DNA of 64,000 nt from Somniosus microcephalus. Its lineage: Eukaryota. The stretch spans positions 63,178,001-63,242,000 of the forward strand of contig CM126219.1 in NCBI GenBank assembly GCA_052327205.1, read 5' to 3'. How positions within the stretch are numbered: position 1 is the first letter of the stretch; the number at the start of each line of letters is the position of its first letter. The notes beneath the pieces were generated by a model. The model did not search any database, had not been told where the DNA came from, and was given only the letters and a program-made list of their open reading frames with translations. Made by a program: the position numbers and the translations under genes. Below are positions 62,161-64,000 of the stretch, piece after piece.

Positions 62161-63689
62161 CTAAGAACATGGAAATAAGGAAACAAATGCATGTAATCTA
62201 GTAACAATCGTTTTCTAAAGTCCGATTCACACACAGAATCTTAAATATTCCTTTTCCTTACACTAGTACCTCAAGAGGTTTGAAAAGTGGCGCTTACCCG
62301 CACAGAACTATTTGTAAGGTGTAAGGCTTTACAAGCCTCTCTCAAATAAAACTGCCCAGATATTCCGAAGTTGAAAGCTTATATTCAATCCAATTCTAGA
62401 AAGAGCGAAGTGAGTAAAACTTCATGATATTTGAGTTTTTTGAGAGCTATCCAAATACCTATATGAATGGATTCCTTATTCCGTGAATAAAGATCAGTCA
62501 CCACATACAATAGGATACAGGCCATTTTGCCTAAACGGGTAACCAGTTGGACATTGCCCTGTGGGAAAAATCACACATCAGCGTCACATGTTCTTATCCT
62601 GCCCCACTGCAAGTGCTTCCTTCACTGCTTTGTCTGAAGAATTCAGCATTCGGATTGAACGATAAGATTCTAACTCGTCAATTTGGGTCTGAGATACATC
62701 ACATTTGAATGGGAACCTGGGAATGTAAGCTGTTGTAACATACACTATATACACTACTGAGCCCCACCTGCATTGAAAAGTTCTGTAAGTGTGTTTTCAC
62801 TAATGTGCAGACAGGCTCGTGGTTTCCCTCAATGGCTCATTGGATTTATCTAGAAAAAACTTCAGTTCGATACCTGGACTGTGCTGAGATAGCTAATCTC
62901 AGCCACGGTGGCAGTAGGATTCTAAAAAACTGACCTCAGTTAGGAAGGAGGACACTGGCGAGATTGTTATGCAGGCCTCCGCTAGAACTGTGCACGCGTG
63001 CATGCGAAAGATGAAGAAAACCACATCAGTTAAAAACAGGACTGAACTCGCCTGTGATCTCTCTCCCTTCCCATGTCTGAACAGCCTGCAAACACTCACT
63101 GTCAAAGGTCACACATGAATACACTACTGCAAGGTACTGGAGGGCGACAGGTACTGATGCAATCATACTCCAGAAGTTGCTGCCTTTGGGAGAATGCAAA
63201 ATCCTTGTAAAACTAACTGGGTCAGAATCCAAGGCAGTACGGGCTGTGTAGTCCGAAACGAAACCATTAAAAAATATATTACACCTAGATTCAGGACAAA
63301 TATGAGATGCGCACAGCACTGGTTTTCTGTGCTGTCATTTAGTAATTTGTAATAATTAAACACAGCTTTTGTCACCAGTAGGCACTTATTTGTCTCTATA
63401 ACTATAAACTGTGCAGTTGCAAATATTAATTGAGTTAAAAGATATGAAAGATTATTCTGCCATTGGTGAGTTCTAATACTTTGGGGTACACAATACAGGA
63501 ATAAGCTGTAGCTTTGTACAAGTCTTTCAAAAGAAACTGGTAGCCACATAGCCATTGATGATAGCTGTATAATCGCCCTCCTAAACAGGAGTAGCAGAGT
63601 AAAAATAACATTCTCACCTACTTTTGTTTTGAGAGAGAGTGGGATAGAGAGGGACAAGAATGGTACATCTCACTTACGCTTTATGATAG

Positions 63690-63880
63690 CTGGGAAAGAG
63701 ACTACCACAGGGAGTAGTTGAAGCGAATAGTATAGATGCATTTAAGGGGAAAGCTAGATCATGCGAGGGAGAAAGGATTTAATAGTTGATAGTTAGATGA
63801 GGAAAGATGGGAGGAGGATCGATTGGAGCATAAACTGGTTGGGCCGAATGGCCTTGTTTCTGTGCTATATATCCTATGAA
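63690..63880 (+). mobile_element. CR1 tail fragment
   Basis: gagactaccacagggagtagttgaagcgaatag..gggccgaatggcc..tctgtgcta, similar to the other CR1 tails. Confidence 0.75.
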
Positions 63881-64000
63881 CCAAAAGGTACACTTTTCAC
63901 AACAGTGGTTGCAAGCCTAGAAAAGCCTCCGAGCATTGTATCAAGGACAAAACTGTGTGTCAAGCATTTGCTCGAGTCAAGGAACATGGATAACACTGGT

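Overview
This is vertebrate genomic DNA, most likely a shark or other chondrichthyan (inferred from V-SINE/HE1-like, DeuSINE-like, CR1, L2 and Penelope repeats). It is not prokaryotic. The window holds the 3' two-thirds of TRIM33 (TIF1-gamma) on the minus strand. I mapped 14 GT-AG coding exons by hand (62160 to 15568, about 773 aa: coiled coil, low-complexity linker, PHD finger, bromodomain), followed by a ~4 kb repeat-free 3'UTR. The RING/B-box exons lie beyond the right edge. The introns and flank are packed with retroposons. Things the ORF track does not show: (1) six same-orientation TA-flanked Tc1/mariner(pogo/Tigger)-like MITEs carrying RFX X-box-like palindromes and cryptic splice signals; (2) a decayed DIRS-type tyrosine-recombinase retrotransposon; (3) Penelope-like inserts with degenerate hammerhead ribozyme motifs; (4) a ~29-copy 39/40-bp minisatellite forming an array of forkhead motifs; (5) a CpG-rich Harbinger-like MITE; (6) candidate in-frame cassette exons at the bromodomain alpha/beta insertion point. 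I see no firm evidence of a wholly new biological system. The MITE family is the best lead. Repeat boundaries without a target-site duplication (TSD) are approximate, and family names come from recalled motifs, not from database searches.
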